From: Oopsacas minuta | Taxonomy: Eukaryota > Animalia > Porifera | Length of the DNA: 64,000 nucleotides | Direction: 5' to 3' | Assembly: GCA_024704765.1 (NCBI GenBank) | Contig: JAKMXF010000319.1 | Span: forward strand, 301,464-365,463 | Shown: positions 11,310 through 22,479 of the stretch, piece after piece | Numbering within the stretch: the stretch's first letter is position 1 | Layout: the number at the start of each line of letters is the position of its first letter | The notes under the pieces: generated by a model | What the model was told of the DNA's origin: nothing | Seen by the model: the letters and a program-made list of their open reading frames with translations, nothing else | The model's database searches: none | Program-made: the position numbers and the translations under genes

Positions 11310-12609
11310 CAGGGTTAGGCATAAGTTGTGCAACAAGTATAAACTAGTATCTTTCTTATTTTACCATAATAGTAGTTGAAATTCGTAATGAATTAGTGAA
11401 TATACATACTAAGGATACGAAATTCATCTAGCTCTTCGAATGTATTGCTCTTTGCTGCGATACATAGGCTCAATCGCTTATAGCAATTATCGGCAGCAGC
11501 ACGCAACACGTCCTCACTGATTAAATCCCACTCTCTTCTCAAGGAAGACTTCGGACTTTCGACATTCTTGTGAGGCTTTGCACATACCCTGACTCTAAGA
11601 TGGACCATATACAGAAATCCATAGGGTTTAGATCTTGAGAAGAGGCCGGCCATTCTTCAGTTGATATAAATTCCGGTACATTGAGTTTCAACCACTCAGA
11701 TGTCATTTTGGCTTTGTGGGAGGGAGCGGAATCTTGCTGGAACACCCAATGCGCGCCATTGTAGTGCTCACCAGCCCAAGGCTTCTATGCGTTCTCTAAA
11801 ATGCTCTCTACATACACCTCTTTGTTAGTTTTCACCCCTTTGTCAATGAACACCAGAGGTGTCCGACCATCAGAGGTAATTGCTCCACAAACCATGACCG
11901 ATGCAGGTTTCTGAGTTCTTATGATTGTGCGTATTGATGACGATATAGACTTTTGATCTGGACCAAGAATTCGACTGTTTTGGCGATTATATGCCATTTC
12001 TACGGTAAAAATCTTCTCATCGGAGAACACAATGCTCTGGTGCGTGCCACCAGTGAGCATTTTTCTCAGAATCAGACATTTTTCATACCTACGCCTCTTA
12101 TTCACCTCAGAAAGTAACTGCACCTCTCAAAATTAGTAGCATTTCAAGCCTAAATCCTCTTTTACTATCCTCCCCATACTTCTGGTTGAAATATTGAAGT
12201 CTTTTGCCATGCCTTGGATGCTTCTGACAGGATTCTTCCTGATCCTTTCCCGGACGAGCTTCCTAACAGCAGGAGTACGAACAGAACGAGGTCTATCTTT
12301 TCTGAACCTGTCCTGGGTACTGCCAGTCTCCTTGTAACGTTTGATTGTACGGTAGACTATCCATCTGTTTATGGACAGTTTTTTTGATATTACGGAAGCT
12401 GACTTGCCTTCATTATGATACAAGATTATCAATGACCGTTTTGCTTCTTTGTCCATAACTCAAAAAAAATTTTCTAGTCGGACTCAATACTCTAAATATT
12501 GTTTAAAAAGATATTGAAGATAAATATGATAAACAAATATTCACCTAAAACCATTCGCAGAACCTCTAGCTTAATTTAAAGTTTGTTGCAGAACTTATGC
12601 CTAACCCTA
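11310..12609 (-). mobile_element. Tc1/mariner element, DD37D (maT-type), defective, inserted in the copy-3 upstream core
   Basis: TIRs CAGGGTTAGGCATAAGTT(G/C)TGCAACAA, TA duplication, empty site in the other copies. IVFSDEK and QQDSAP...DLNPMD with 37 residues between the 2nd and 3rd D; two in-frame stops and a frameshift. Confidence 0.9.
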
Positions 12610-12706
12610 TATATTAGGCATTATTTGTATGTTTATACATTTACTCAAATTACAACTAAATATTTGTAGATATTATTCAGAATTATCAAATTGAACAGAC
12701 AAAGAA

Positions 12707-13978
12707 ATGGCTAGCGTAGAAGTGAAAAGAAAGTTTATCGAACAAGTAAAAGAGAGTAGAAGTAAGATTAGAGACTGCTTCAAGAAGTCACATGAAGCTC
12801 TACAACTCAGAGAGGGTATCCTCCTCTCTCGTATTGATGAAATCGAGAAAGAGTATAATATCAAAAATGAGGAAATGCAAGAGTTATTGGAAGCTTTGAA
12901 TAAATCAAAATCGTTAATTACAGACACTCTGACTTCTAATAAACTTAAAGCCACTCATCGAGGAATAGAATCACTACTAAATAAACAAATCGAAGAACTA
13001 TCAGCTGATACAGACAGTAGTTTTGAGTTTGAATGGAACAGTCATTTCGAAGCTGACATAGAACAGCTAGGGAGTATTATGCTTAACGGTCAGACTAACA
13101 AACCTCCCACTCACACCTTCCCTCCTCAAGTGAAGCCTGTTGTACCTGACTACAAGGCTAAACACCTTCCTACTGCTTACTGCTGTAAGAAATCTACAGA
13201 CAAGAAAGCTCCAGGAGAGCTGCACGGTTCCAGAGGTATAGCAATACATTACCTAACTGGAAATATTTACATAGCGGATTGTGACAACAATCGTGTACAA
13301 GTATTTAGCAGTAACGGAGATTATCTCTTCATGTTCAGTGAGGAGATGAACCTACCATATGGTATCGGTATAACTCAGAATAAAGTGTTTGTTACACAAT
13401 TCTATGGTTATTGCATTAATAAGTACGAGCTAGAAGGGAAACTAATCAAGAGTGTTGGTAGTCAAGGGAATGGAGAAGCTCAGTTCAACAATCCATGCGG
13501 TCTGGATGTCTCTGATAGAAGTAGCAATGTGTATGTTTGTGATATTAGGAATAATAGAGTTCAAATCTTAACTCAAGAACTCAAGTTCCATTCCATGCTA
13601 GGAATAGACTTGTTTAAGGCTCCACTTGACATTAAGGTTACAAGAGACAGAGTATTGGTGCTAGATAGAAGTGATCCGTGTATGCTTGTGTTCAATTCCT
13701 ATCACGTTCAAATCAACAGGCTGATAACTTGCGGGGATGGCAAACAAACAAACAATCCAGACTTTTTCGACATAGATAGAGATTATAATATCATTATGAG
13801 TGACTGCTATGATCACTGTGTGTACGTATTCAATCAGGAGGGAGAACAGATACACAAGTTTGGGGAGAAAGGTCACGGTATCGGGGAGTTCTATTTTCCA
13901 TATGGAATAGTACTAGACAACACAGGACACATTATAGTTGTGTGTCAGAAGAATACTAATTGTCTCCAATTCTTCTAA
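12707..13978 (+). CDS. Coiled-coil + NHL-repeat protein, array copy 3 (423 aa)
   Basis: Intact ORF colinear with copy 1; mariner inserted about 100 bp upstream of the ATG. Confidence 0.9.
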   Translation: MASVEVKRKFIEQVKESRSKIRDCFKKSHEALQLREGILLSRIDEIEKEYNIKNEEMQELLEALNKSKSLITDTLTSNKLKATHRGIESLLNKQIEELSADTDSSFEFEWNSHFEADIEQLGSIMLNGQTNKPPTHTFPPQVKPVVPDYKAKHLPTAYCCKKSTDKKAPGELHGSRGIAIHYLTGNIYIADCDNNRVQVFSSNGDYLFMFSEEMNLPYGIGITQNKVFVTQFYGYCINKYELEGKLIKSVGSQGNGEAQFNNPCGLDVSDRSSNVYVCDIRNNRVQILTQELKFHSMLGIDLFKAPLDIKVTRDRVLVLDRSDPCMLVFNSYHVQINRLITCGDGKQTNNPDFFDIDRDYNIIMSDCYDHCVYVFNQEGEQIHKFGEKGHGIGEFYFPYGIVLDNTGHIIVVCQKNTNCLQFF

Positions 13979-14538
13979 CTGACTGAAGAATTGTTTATAA
14001 TTTGTACTAATTAGTGAAATAGTTTATTGTTTATTATTTTGTTTACTTTATTGATAATGATTATTTCCAGTTTTGTATAGTTTATCTTATCTAAAGTGAA
14101 AGTTAATTGTGTTGAGGAAAAATGACATAAAATATGTTAAGATTGTCGGTACAGGTTCTAATTTTAGATTTTTTGGCTTAAGATATTCTTTAGTTTGGCA
14201 TTGGCTATGGTTTTGGTATTTCATCAATTTCCTATTCATTAACTTGTCTATCTAGTATCTAACTTGGAGAAATTGTAGCTTGCATTACTTTCAATTACAC
14301 ACAATTGATGGAATTACACACTCCTTCTCTATGAGGCTATGACACGCATTTGTAATACAAATATGATACTTTGATTACTACCCCCTTTGGCTTCAAGACA
14401 TTGTCAAATGTTTTGACACTACGTAGTGTCTGATTGCTGTAGAACTAGTATAAGACGCACTCCCCTAGGAAAACCAATTTAGTTGTTACTATCCGAGTTG
14501 TACTCCATTTAGTTATTTCCCTGCTCCAGCTCAAGGTA

Positions 14539-14838
14539 CAGTGGAACCTCTGGATTCGGGGCATGTGTGATACTGTGAAAATTTCTGACGCCCCGATTCT
14601 GGATTTCAGTTTGGTATTGGGTCAAAATGGCCATTTTCCGTATATATGTAGGTCATATTATGTCATGATATTGTTTCGTATTGCTAGTCACACTGTAACG
14701 TTAAAATTTTTAATTCTCCTACATATTGCTTGTCCTGAACACCAAGTCATCACTGCAAGGGCTGCTACCCAGGCTCTCCTCGACCTGGAGATATTCTTTC
14801 AGGATCAGTGGAAGCATGTCGACGCTGAGTGGTGCGCA
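14539..14838. mobile_element. Truncated pogo/Tigger-like element in the copy-3 3' flank
   Basis: TA-CAGTGGAACCTCTG start; homology to 21544 stops at 14838. Confidence 0.6.
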
Positions 14839-16295
14839 ATAGGGTGTCCCAAAAACTCAAATTTTTAAAGGTTTATGGGGGACCCCCTAAGAAGTTTCTA
14901 TATTTCATAAAATATTGTGGAAAAACTTTCAGCTATTTATGAAGTGATTTAGGGGTCCCTCCATGGCTCCGTAAATTATATTTTTACACCTGTTTGTTAA
15001 CAATTTCAACATTTCATTTTTTGATAGAAACTTGCTTTAGAGTCCTATACTGGGTGAATCGACGATTCAGATTTCAGATTTACAATCAGAAATTTGTTAT
15101 TTTGTATACTTTCGTATTTGAATTACTGAATTTTATGATTCATTTGTTACTGTTCGTCAAGTTTCAAGTTTCTATTGATTACTTCCTAAAATAACTAAAG
15201 AATAGATTGTGGTTAGTAATTGAGTCATATTTCCCTCGTAAATAAGATTAAATTACTAAGGAATTATTGTGTTTTAATAGCAGGGTTTGCTCCATATTCC
15301 GGAACTAGTATAAATTCTGACTCTTATTTAAAATGTTTAACAAATTGACATTATGGCAGCAAAACTCGCAGTCCTCAACACGTTTGGTTGATCGGATTCC
15401 CTACTTACAAAATAATTGGTGCAAAGTTTCCTAGTGTACGTGATGTTACGCGCTTTTTATTAAACATCGCGAAAATAAGTGCACAAAACCGGAAAGCGCA
15501 CATACAACCTATGACGAATTAATTAAGATTTGGGACCAGTACAGGATTCCAGTGAAATCTAAGAGAGATATCATCGATAAAATAGAGAAACTCTACAAGC
15601 AACAACAACAACAACAACAGCTTTCGAAAAACATGTAGCGTAGCAATCTGTCAGACATTAAAAACCAAGAAGAGTGCTCAATCAAACTATATGAATTGTT
15701 TGACATAGCTCATGCTCTCGCTAGCGCTATTCCTAAACCATGTACATGACGAGGTCAAAGTTCAGCTTGTTGCAGATATGCACAAGATCGAGGCAGACAT
15801 CTGTTAACTAAGCTACCGGGCTCTCTTAATGAACTTCATGCATCACTGTCATTTTTTGAGATATCAAGATTAGACTCATCGTTCCTCAAAAAAACTGTTA
15901 ATACTTGGAGCTCGGATCTAAGCTACATAGAGGGTCAACGATTTGCTAGGCATTTGGCTTGTGTAAACGATGTTGCTGAACGTGGGATCCAGCTGATTCA
16001 ACAGTTCAACAGAAGTTCAAAAGACGAGGTCCAAAAGTAATGCCTACTACAAGTGGTAGAGCAACATCGAAAACACTTCAGGACTACTCCAACTATGTCT
16101 GAGCTAAATTTCGTTTAATCTATTAATATTGTACAATGAATTACAAAATATTTTACTTCTTGAAAAATATATAAATTGTACAGATAACAAATTTCTGATA
16201 TTAAATCTGAAATCTGAATCGTCGATTCACCCAGGTTAGCATTGTAAAGCAAGTTTCTAGGAAAAATTAAATTTTGAAACTGTTAAAACACAGGT
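14839..16295 (+). mobile_element. Internally deleted DNA-transposon derivative (superfamily uncertain, possibly Sola-like)
   Basis: About 125-bp inverted repeats (14988-15115 vs 16170-16295). Inside are coding remnants MAAKTRS..VWLIG..AKFPS..IWDQYRIP...IIDKIEKLY and VNDVAERGIQLIQQFN..LLQVVEQHRK. Confidence 0.55.
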
Positions 16296-16299
16296 AAGA

Positions 16300-18095
16300 A
16301 TGAAATGTACCTTCGTCCACAAATTCAGAATGAAATGATTTCGAATATTTGGGAATGAAATCAGAAGTAGAATTGTTGGTTACCTTAAAGAGGCAGGTAT
16401 TATTGCAGTGTTGATGGATGAAACACCTGATGTATCCCATAAAGAACAGCTGACTGTCATTGTCAGATATGCGAACCCTTTAAATGGCAAATTTTCAGAG
16501 AGTTTTGTTGCTTTATTAGAAATCCTATTACTACTACTACTGGAAAAGCAATTACAAATATTCTAATTATAAAACTAAATAGTCTTGGATTACAAGTTGA
16601 AGACATAGCTGGCCAAGGTTATGACGGAGGAAGCAACATGTCCGGGATTCTCAAAGGTGTACAAGCAAGAATTCGCGAGTTAAACCCACTAGCACTATTC
16701 ACTCATTGTTATTCCCATAGTCTGAATCGAGTGTTAGTGAATTCTGTTTGTAATCATAGAAACATTGAAGCAAGTAAGTTCTTTGGAATAGTGGAATTAG
16801 TATACACATTTATTGAAGGTAGTGTGCAGCGACATGGTTATTTTATTGAAAGACAGAGAGATACAATCTGCTCAACGTCCTTTACACTTAGTTGGTCTAT
16901 CCGACACAAGGTGGAATTGCAGGGTGTCTTCTTGTCAACGATTACTAAATGAAGTTGTATTCAAATCAGTTTTGGATACAATTGAACATGTTTGTGCTGC
17001 TACTACAGATGGATATTCTAGAGGTACAAGCTACTGGCCTTTTAGCGAGTATATCTACTTTCAACTTTGTAATTTCTCTTGTAACAGTTACTCCTATCCT
17101 TTTAGCTATCAATATAATAAGTGAAACATTGCAGAGTTGTCAAATAAATCTATTAACGGTGAACAAACAGATCCACGTTTAAAAATTGAACTACAGAGAT
17201 TACTTACTGAAAACGTCTGGTTGGATGCGTTTAGTAAAGCAGAGAATTTGGCGATAAAGTTAGGCCTCAATACTGAATTTAGCATCCAACGTTAAAGAAG
17301 AGTTTCCTGCAGAGTTGATAATAATCCTTCTACTGGGATAATGATCCTTTTACAGGGATAATAATCCTTATACTGGGATAATAATCCTTCTACTGGAATA
17401 ATATTTTCACCAAAAGATAATTTGAGAGTAAACTTTTACGAAGCATTGGTCGATAGTAAGATTTCTGAGATCAATTCTAGCTTTCCCAATCAATTATTTA
17501 ATTTTGCATTTTGGATCCAAGGAATTTTGAAGCCATTGACGCAGAGGAAAATCTTCTAAAACTTGTTCATCAATACAAAAGAATATCTCCAGACCGTTTT
17601 ATAGCTGAATGGAGACTCGCAACGCATTTTATACAACAAGACACTCCTTTACTTGCTGTTTATAACAAATTACCTGATTCATACACAGAACTCCGCTACG
17701 TACATGTATCGAAAATTATACACACTCCTAGTGACTACAGCCCATGCAGAAAGAAGTTATTCTAAATTGTCTTGGAATAAAACTAAGTTACGGTCTACAA
17801 TGTGCGAAGATTGTCTAGAATCTTTGATGTTTTGCTCAATAGAGAAAGAAATTCTGCTTTCTCTAAATAATGAAGACCTCATTTCTAAGTTTGTATCCAT
17901 GGCAGATAGGAGATTACAATTATCTTAGTATGTGCTGTGTTGATTAGATTTCTATAGACATCATTCATAGTATATTCATTAGAAATGAACTGATACACGT
18001 AATATAATATATTGGTAATTGGGTTATTTGTTATGTTTAGTGTAATAAATAATTTTAATTGCCTCCACTTCCAACTATTCCTGGCAACGCCATTG
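16300..18095 (+). mobile_element. 5'-truncated hAT element (ZMYM1/DUF4371-type transposase pseudogene)
   Basis: DETPDVSHKEQL, GQGYDGGSNMSG, THCYSHSLN, LSDTRW, AERSYSKL..KTKLRSTM; right TIR-like end GCAACGCCATTG at 18095. Confidence 0.85.
17317..17403. repeat. Minisatellite, 4+ copies of the 20-bp unit GATAATAATCCTTCTACTGG
   Basis: Read directly from the sequence. Confidence 0.85.
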
Positions 18096-18370
18096 ATTGA
18101 GACATACAACAACAATAAATTGTTGTTGTCTCTTTCCAACTTGCTGGGGAATCCCTTGCCGTCACATTTTCCGCATTTACTTAGAAAATAGCCTGAATCA
18201 TTTACCCAAAGGAGCAATTAGCATATTTTGGTATAAAAAAATGAACAGCAAAAGATTGGACTTCTCAACCAACTAGTTTCTTCAAAACATAATATAGTTC
18301 CAATAGTGTCAACAAACACATCTAAAACCAAAGATGAATGCTATGAAATATTAATGGCAGAATGTAAAGA
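18096..18370 (+). mobile_element. SWIM-finger fragment of the FAR1-type MULE (diverged duplicate of 24554-24827)
   Basis: Colinear with 24554-24827; encodes the CCCLFPTCWGIPCRHIF-type SWIM motif. Confidence 0.85.
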
Positions 18371-18382
18371 GATTTATATATA

Positions 18383-19298
18383 CAGTCAGGGGACAAAAGT
18401 ATTCGACCACACAAATATATTGTCATAAATTGTATACTCTTTCCCGCTCCTATATATTGTGTAGTCTATATTCGTAGCTGCTATCTAGTAATTTGTATAG
18501 AATAACATATGTTTTTCAAGAATTTCAAAAAAATATTTAGATTGACACTTTTTGAAGGTGTTAATTATTAATAATTATTAGATAATTATTGATAATCAAA
18601 ATATGTGGTAATTCAAAACCTATTAAGAATCTATAATTTCTGACTTGATATTTGAATTCTACGTAGGCGAGTTACCCCAGATTGAAATTTCCAATCGGAT
18701 TGAGCAATTTTTACCAAAGTTATAAAAGAATCTCAATTTGTCCCACTTGTGCCACTTTTTGAAAAAAGTGGCACAGGTGGCAGGAAAAAGCGCCACTACA
18801 AGGAAATCAACTAGAGTTAGGAGGAATAAGTCGAAGTAATATTTTCGAATGATATGACTATGCTAACCCTTGAATTCCAAAATAACCTCTCGGTAGCGGC
18901 CACTTGTGCCACCTTCGGCAAAAGGTGGCACAAATGGCACAAAATTGAAATTCATCTATAACTCTGGTAAAAATTGCTCAATCCGATTGGAAATTTCAAT
19001 CTGGGGTAACTCGCCTACGTAGAATTCAAATATCAAGTCAGAAATTATAGATTCTTAATAGGTTTTGAATTACCACATATTTTGATTATCAATAATTATC
19101 TAATAATTATTAATAATTAACACCTTCAAAAAGTGTCAATCTAAATATTTTTTTGAAATTCTTGAAAAACATATGTTATTCTATACAAATTACTAGATAG
19201 CAGCTACGAATATAGACTACACAATATATAGGAGCGGGAAAGAGTATACAATTTATGACAATATATTTGTGTGGTCGAATACTTTTGTCCCCTGACTG
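18383..19298. mobile_element. 916-bp foldback / long-TIR MITE (Tc1-like CAGT ends, TA target)
   Basis: CAGTCAGGGGACAAAAGTATTCGACC... arms are essentially perfect for about 335 bp and imperfect to about 400 bp, with a spacer of about 100 bp; TA on both sides. Confidence 0.9.
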
Positions 19299-19723
19299 TA
19301 TATATACTGATTTATCATTTGATTAAGCATATTTTCACACCTTTTACTGAACATCTCAAAATTATCCTAGAGATTAGCTTCCACTTGTTAAATAGTGGTA
19401 AACAGAGACGTAGAATTAGATTTTAGTATTTTGAATGTCTAACAAGATTAGTAAATTTCAATTTTATCTTTCTTTGATAAAATGAATATTTAATAGAATA
19501 GCAAACTTTAAATAATCCACTAAAGTTAATTTGGTGAAATTAAGTCTGAACAGACGGAGATTTTAGATTTTATTAGAAATATCTCTTTTGTGTAAATTTG
19601 ATATTCCTTACAGGAAGATGGTTATTATATATTAGGCATTATTTGTATGTTTATACGTTACTCAAATTACAACTAAATATTTGTAGATATTATTCAGAAT
19701 TATCAAATTGAACAGATAAAGAA

Positions 19724-20989
19724 ATGGCTAGCGTAGAAGTGAAAAGAAAATTTATCGAACAAGTAAAAGAGAGTAGAAGTAAGATTAGAGACTGCTTCAA
19801 GAAGTCACATGAAGCTCTACAACTCAGAGAGAGTATCCTCCTCTCTCGTATTGATGAAATCGAGAAAGAATATAATATCAAAAATGAGGAAATGCAGGAG
19901 TTATTGGAAGCTTTGAATAAATCAAAATCGTTAATTACAGACACTCTGACTTCTAATAAACTTAAAGCCACTCATCGAGGGATAGAATCACTAATCAATA
20001 ACCAGATCGAGGAACTATCAGCTGATACAGACAGTAGTATTTTGTTTGAATGGAACAATCAATTCGAAGCTGACATAGGACAGCTAGGGGCTATTACGCT
20101 TAACGGTCAGACTGACAACCCTCACTCTCGCACCTTTCCTCCTCAAGTGAAGCCTGTTGTACCTGACTACAAGGCTAAACAGCTGCCTACTGCTTACTGG
20201 TGTAAGAAATCTACAGACAAGAAAGCTCCAGGAGAACTTAATTGTCCCAGTGGTATAGCAATACATTACCAAACTGGAAATATTTACATAGCGGATTGTG
20301 GCAACCATCGTATACAAGTATTTAGCAGCAACGGAGACTATCTCTTCATGTTCAGTGAGAAGATGAACCTTCCAGTAGGTATCTGTATATCTCAGAATAA
20401 CGTGTTTGTTACACAATGGAGTTATCATTGCATTAATACGTACGAGCTAGAAGGGAAATTCATCAAGAGTGTTGGTAGTCAGGGGAATGGAGAAGTTCAG
20501 TTCAACTTCCCACGGGGTCTAGATGTCTCTGATAGAGATAGCAATGTGTATGTATGTGATTGTCATAATGACCGAGTTCAAATCTTAACTCAAGAACTCA
20601 ATTTCCATTCCATGCTAGGAATAGACTTGTTTGTGTATCCACGTGATGTTAAGGTTACAAGAGATAGAGTATTGGTGCTAGATGCGAGTGATCTATGTAT
20701 GTTTGTGTTCAATTCAGAACATGTTCTAACTAACAGACTGATAACTAGAGGTGGTGGCAAACAAACAATCAATCCATTATGTTTCGACATAGACAGAGAT
20801 TATAACATCATTATGAGTGACTATGATAGTCACTGTCTGTACGTATTTAATCAGGAGGGAGAACAGATACACAAGTTTGGGAAGGAAGGTCAGGGTATCG
20901 GGGAGTTCTATCGTCCCTGGGGAATAGCATTAGACAACACAGGACACATAGTTGTGTGTCAGAAGAATAATTGTCTCCAATTCTTCTAA
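19724..20989 (+). CDS. Coiled-coil + NHL-repeat protein, array copy 4 (421 aa)
   Basis: Intact ORF; shares the two single-codon deletions near the C-terminus with copy 1. Confidence 0.9.
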   Translation: MASVEVKRKFIEQVKESRSKIRDCFKKSHEALQLRESILLSRIDEIEKEYNIKNEEMQELLEALNKSKSLITDTLTSNKLKATHRGIESLINNQIEELSADTDSSILFEWNNQFEADIGQLGAITLNGQTDNPHSRTFPPQVKPVVPDYKAKQLPTAYWCKKSTDKKAPGELNCPSGIAIHYQTGNIYIADCGNHRIQVFSSNGDYLFMFSEKMNLPVGICISQNNVFVTQWSYHCINTYELEGKFIKSVGSQGNGEVQFNFPRGLDVSDRDSNVYVCDCHNDRVQILTQELNFHSMLGIDLFVYPRDVKVTRDRVLVLDASDLCMFVFNSEHVLTNRLITRGGGKQTINPLCFDIDRDYNIIMSDYDSHCLYVFNQEGEQIHKFGKEGQGIGEFYRPWGIALDNTGHIVVCQKNNCLQFF

Positions 20990-21543
20990 CTGCCTGAAGA
21001 ATTCTTTATAATTTGTACTAATTAGTGAAATAGTTTATTGTTTATAATTTTGTTTACTTTATTGATAATGATTATTTCCAGTTTTGTATAGTTTATCTTA
21101 TCTAAAGTGAAAGTTAATTGTGTTGAGGAAAAATGACATAAAAATAGGTTAAGATTGTCGGTACAGGTTCTAATTTTAGATTTTTTGGCTTAAGATATTC
21201 TTTAGTTTGGCATTGGCTATGGTTTTGGTATTTCAATTTCCTATTCATTTACTTGTCTATCTAGTATATAACTAGGAGAAATTGTAGCTTGCATTACTTT
21301 CAATTACACACAATTCATGGAATTATACACTCCCTCCCTATGAGGCTATGTCATGCATTTGTAATAGAAGTATGATACTTTGATCACTACCCTCTCTGGA
21401 TTCAAGACATTATCAAATGTTTTGACAATACGAACTATCTGATTACTGTAGAACTCGTATAAGACCCCTTAGGAAAAACCAATTTTGTTGTTACTCTCCG
21501 TGTTCTACTCCATTTAGTTATTTTCCTGCTCCAGTTCAAGATA

Positions 21544-22251
21544 CAGTGAAACCTCTGGAATCGAGGCATGTGTGATACTGTGAAAATTTCTGACGCCCCG
21601 ATTGTGGAAATTCCCCGATTGTGGATTTCTGTGTGGTATTGTGTCAAAATCACCATTTTCCGTATTTATGTAGTTCATATTATGTCATACTATTGTTTCG
21701 TATTGCTAGTCACACCTTAACGTTATAACATTTCATTCAGCTCCATATTGGTTATCCTGAACACCATGTCATCACTGCAAAGGCTGCCACCCAGGCTCTC
21801 CTCGACCTGGAGATATACTTTCAGGATCTGGGGAAGCAGGTCGACGCTGAGTGGTGCGCAGTACACGCTTACGAGGTCAGAAAGGTGGCAGAAAAGCATC
21901 AGAAGCAGACAAAGATTAGTCAATTCTTCTCCCAATGTTGGTGTATGTTCTGTGTAGCACATATTTACCCACAGAGGCGGATTGAATTGATTTCTTATAC
22001 ACTTACGTAGCATTTATATTGTATTATATTCCAAAGTTATTTCGCAAATACAAATTTATTGAGTTGATATCAGTATTGATGCCCCGATTGCGGAGGGGAT
22101 TTTAGTATTATTTCTATGCGAGCTGAAAGAATTAGATTTTCAGAGTTTGCTCCGATTCCCCGATTGTCGCTCTTTCCCCGGTTCCAGAGGTTCATTTGTA
22201 TGGGAAATTATTTCGCGAATTTCTCGTGCCGTGATTTCAGAGGTTGTACTG
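21544..22251. mobile_element. Complete pogo/Tigger-like non-autonomous element in the copy-4 3' flank
   Basis: TA-CAGTGAAACCTCTG ... CAGAGGTTGTACTG-TA; internal remnant HVITA..ATQALLDLEI.F. Confidence 0.7.
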
Positions 22252-22479
22252 TATCTATATTCGATTATATAAATATTTATAGCTTAACTATACTATTGTA
22301 CATTCCTATTTTCTGTACTATTTCTATGGTACAGTTTTATTAGTGAATATTTGATTTGATAAAGATATATAATAATAACAAATACAAATAAACTAAACAA
22401 ATAAACACACATCTAACTTCATATTATTGTCATGCTATAGGTATCATTTCCTGTCACTTTCAAAAACATTCTTGTTAAA

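Noticed and set aside
17317-17403. Regularly spaced repeats (also 8535-8605, 10345-10392, 61340-61445) as a CRISPR-like array
   Set aside because: Head-to-tail units with no unique spacers, eukaryotic context, no cas genes; they are minisatellite or subterminal TE repeats.
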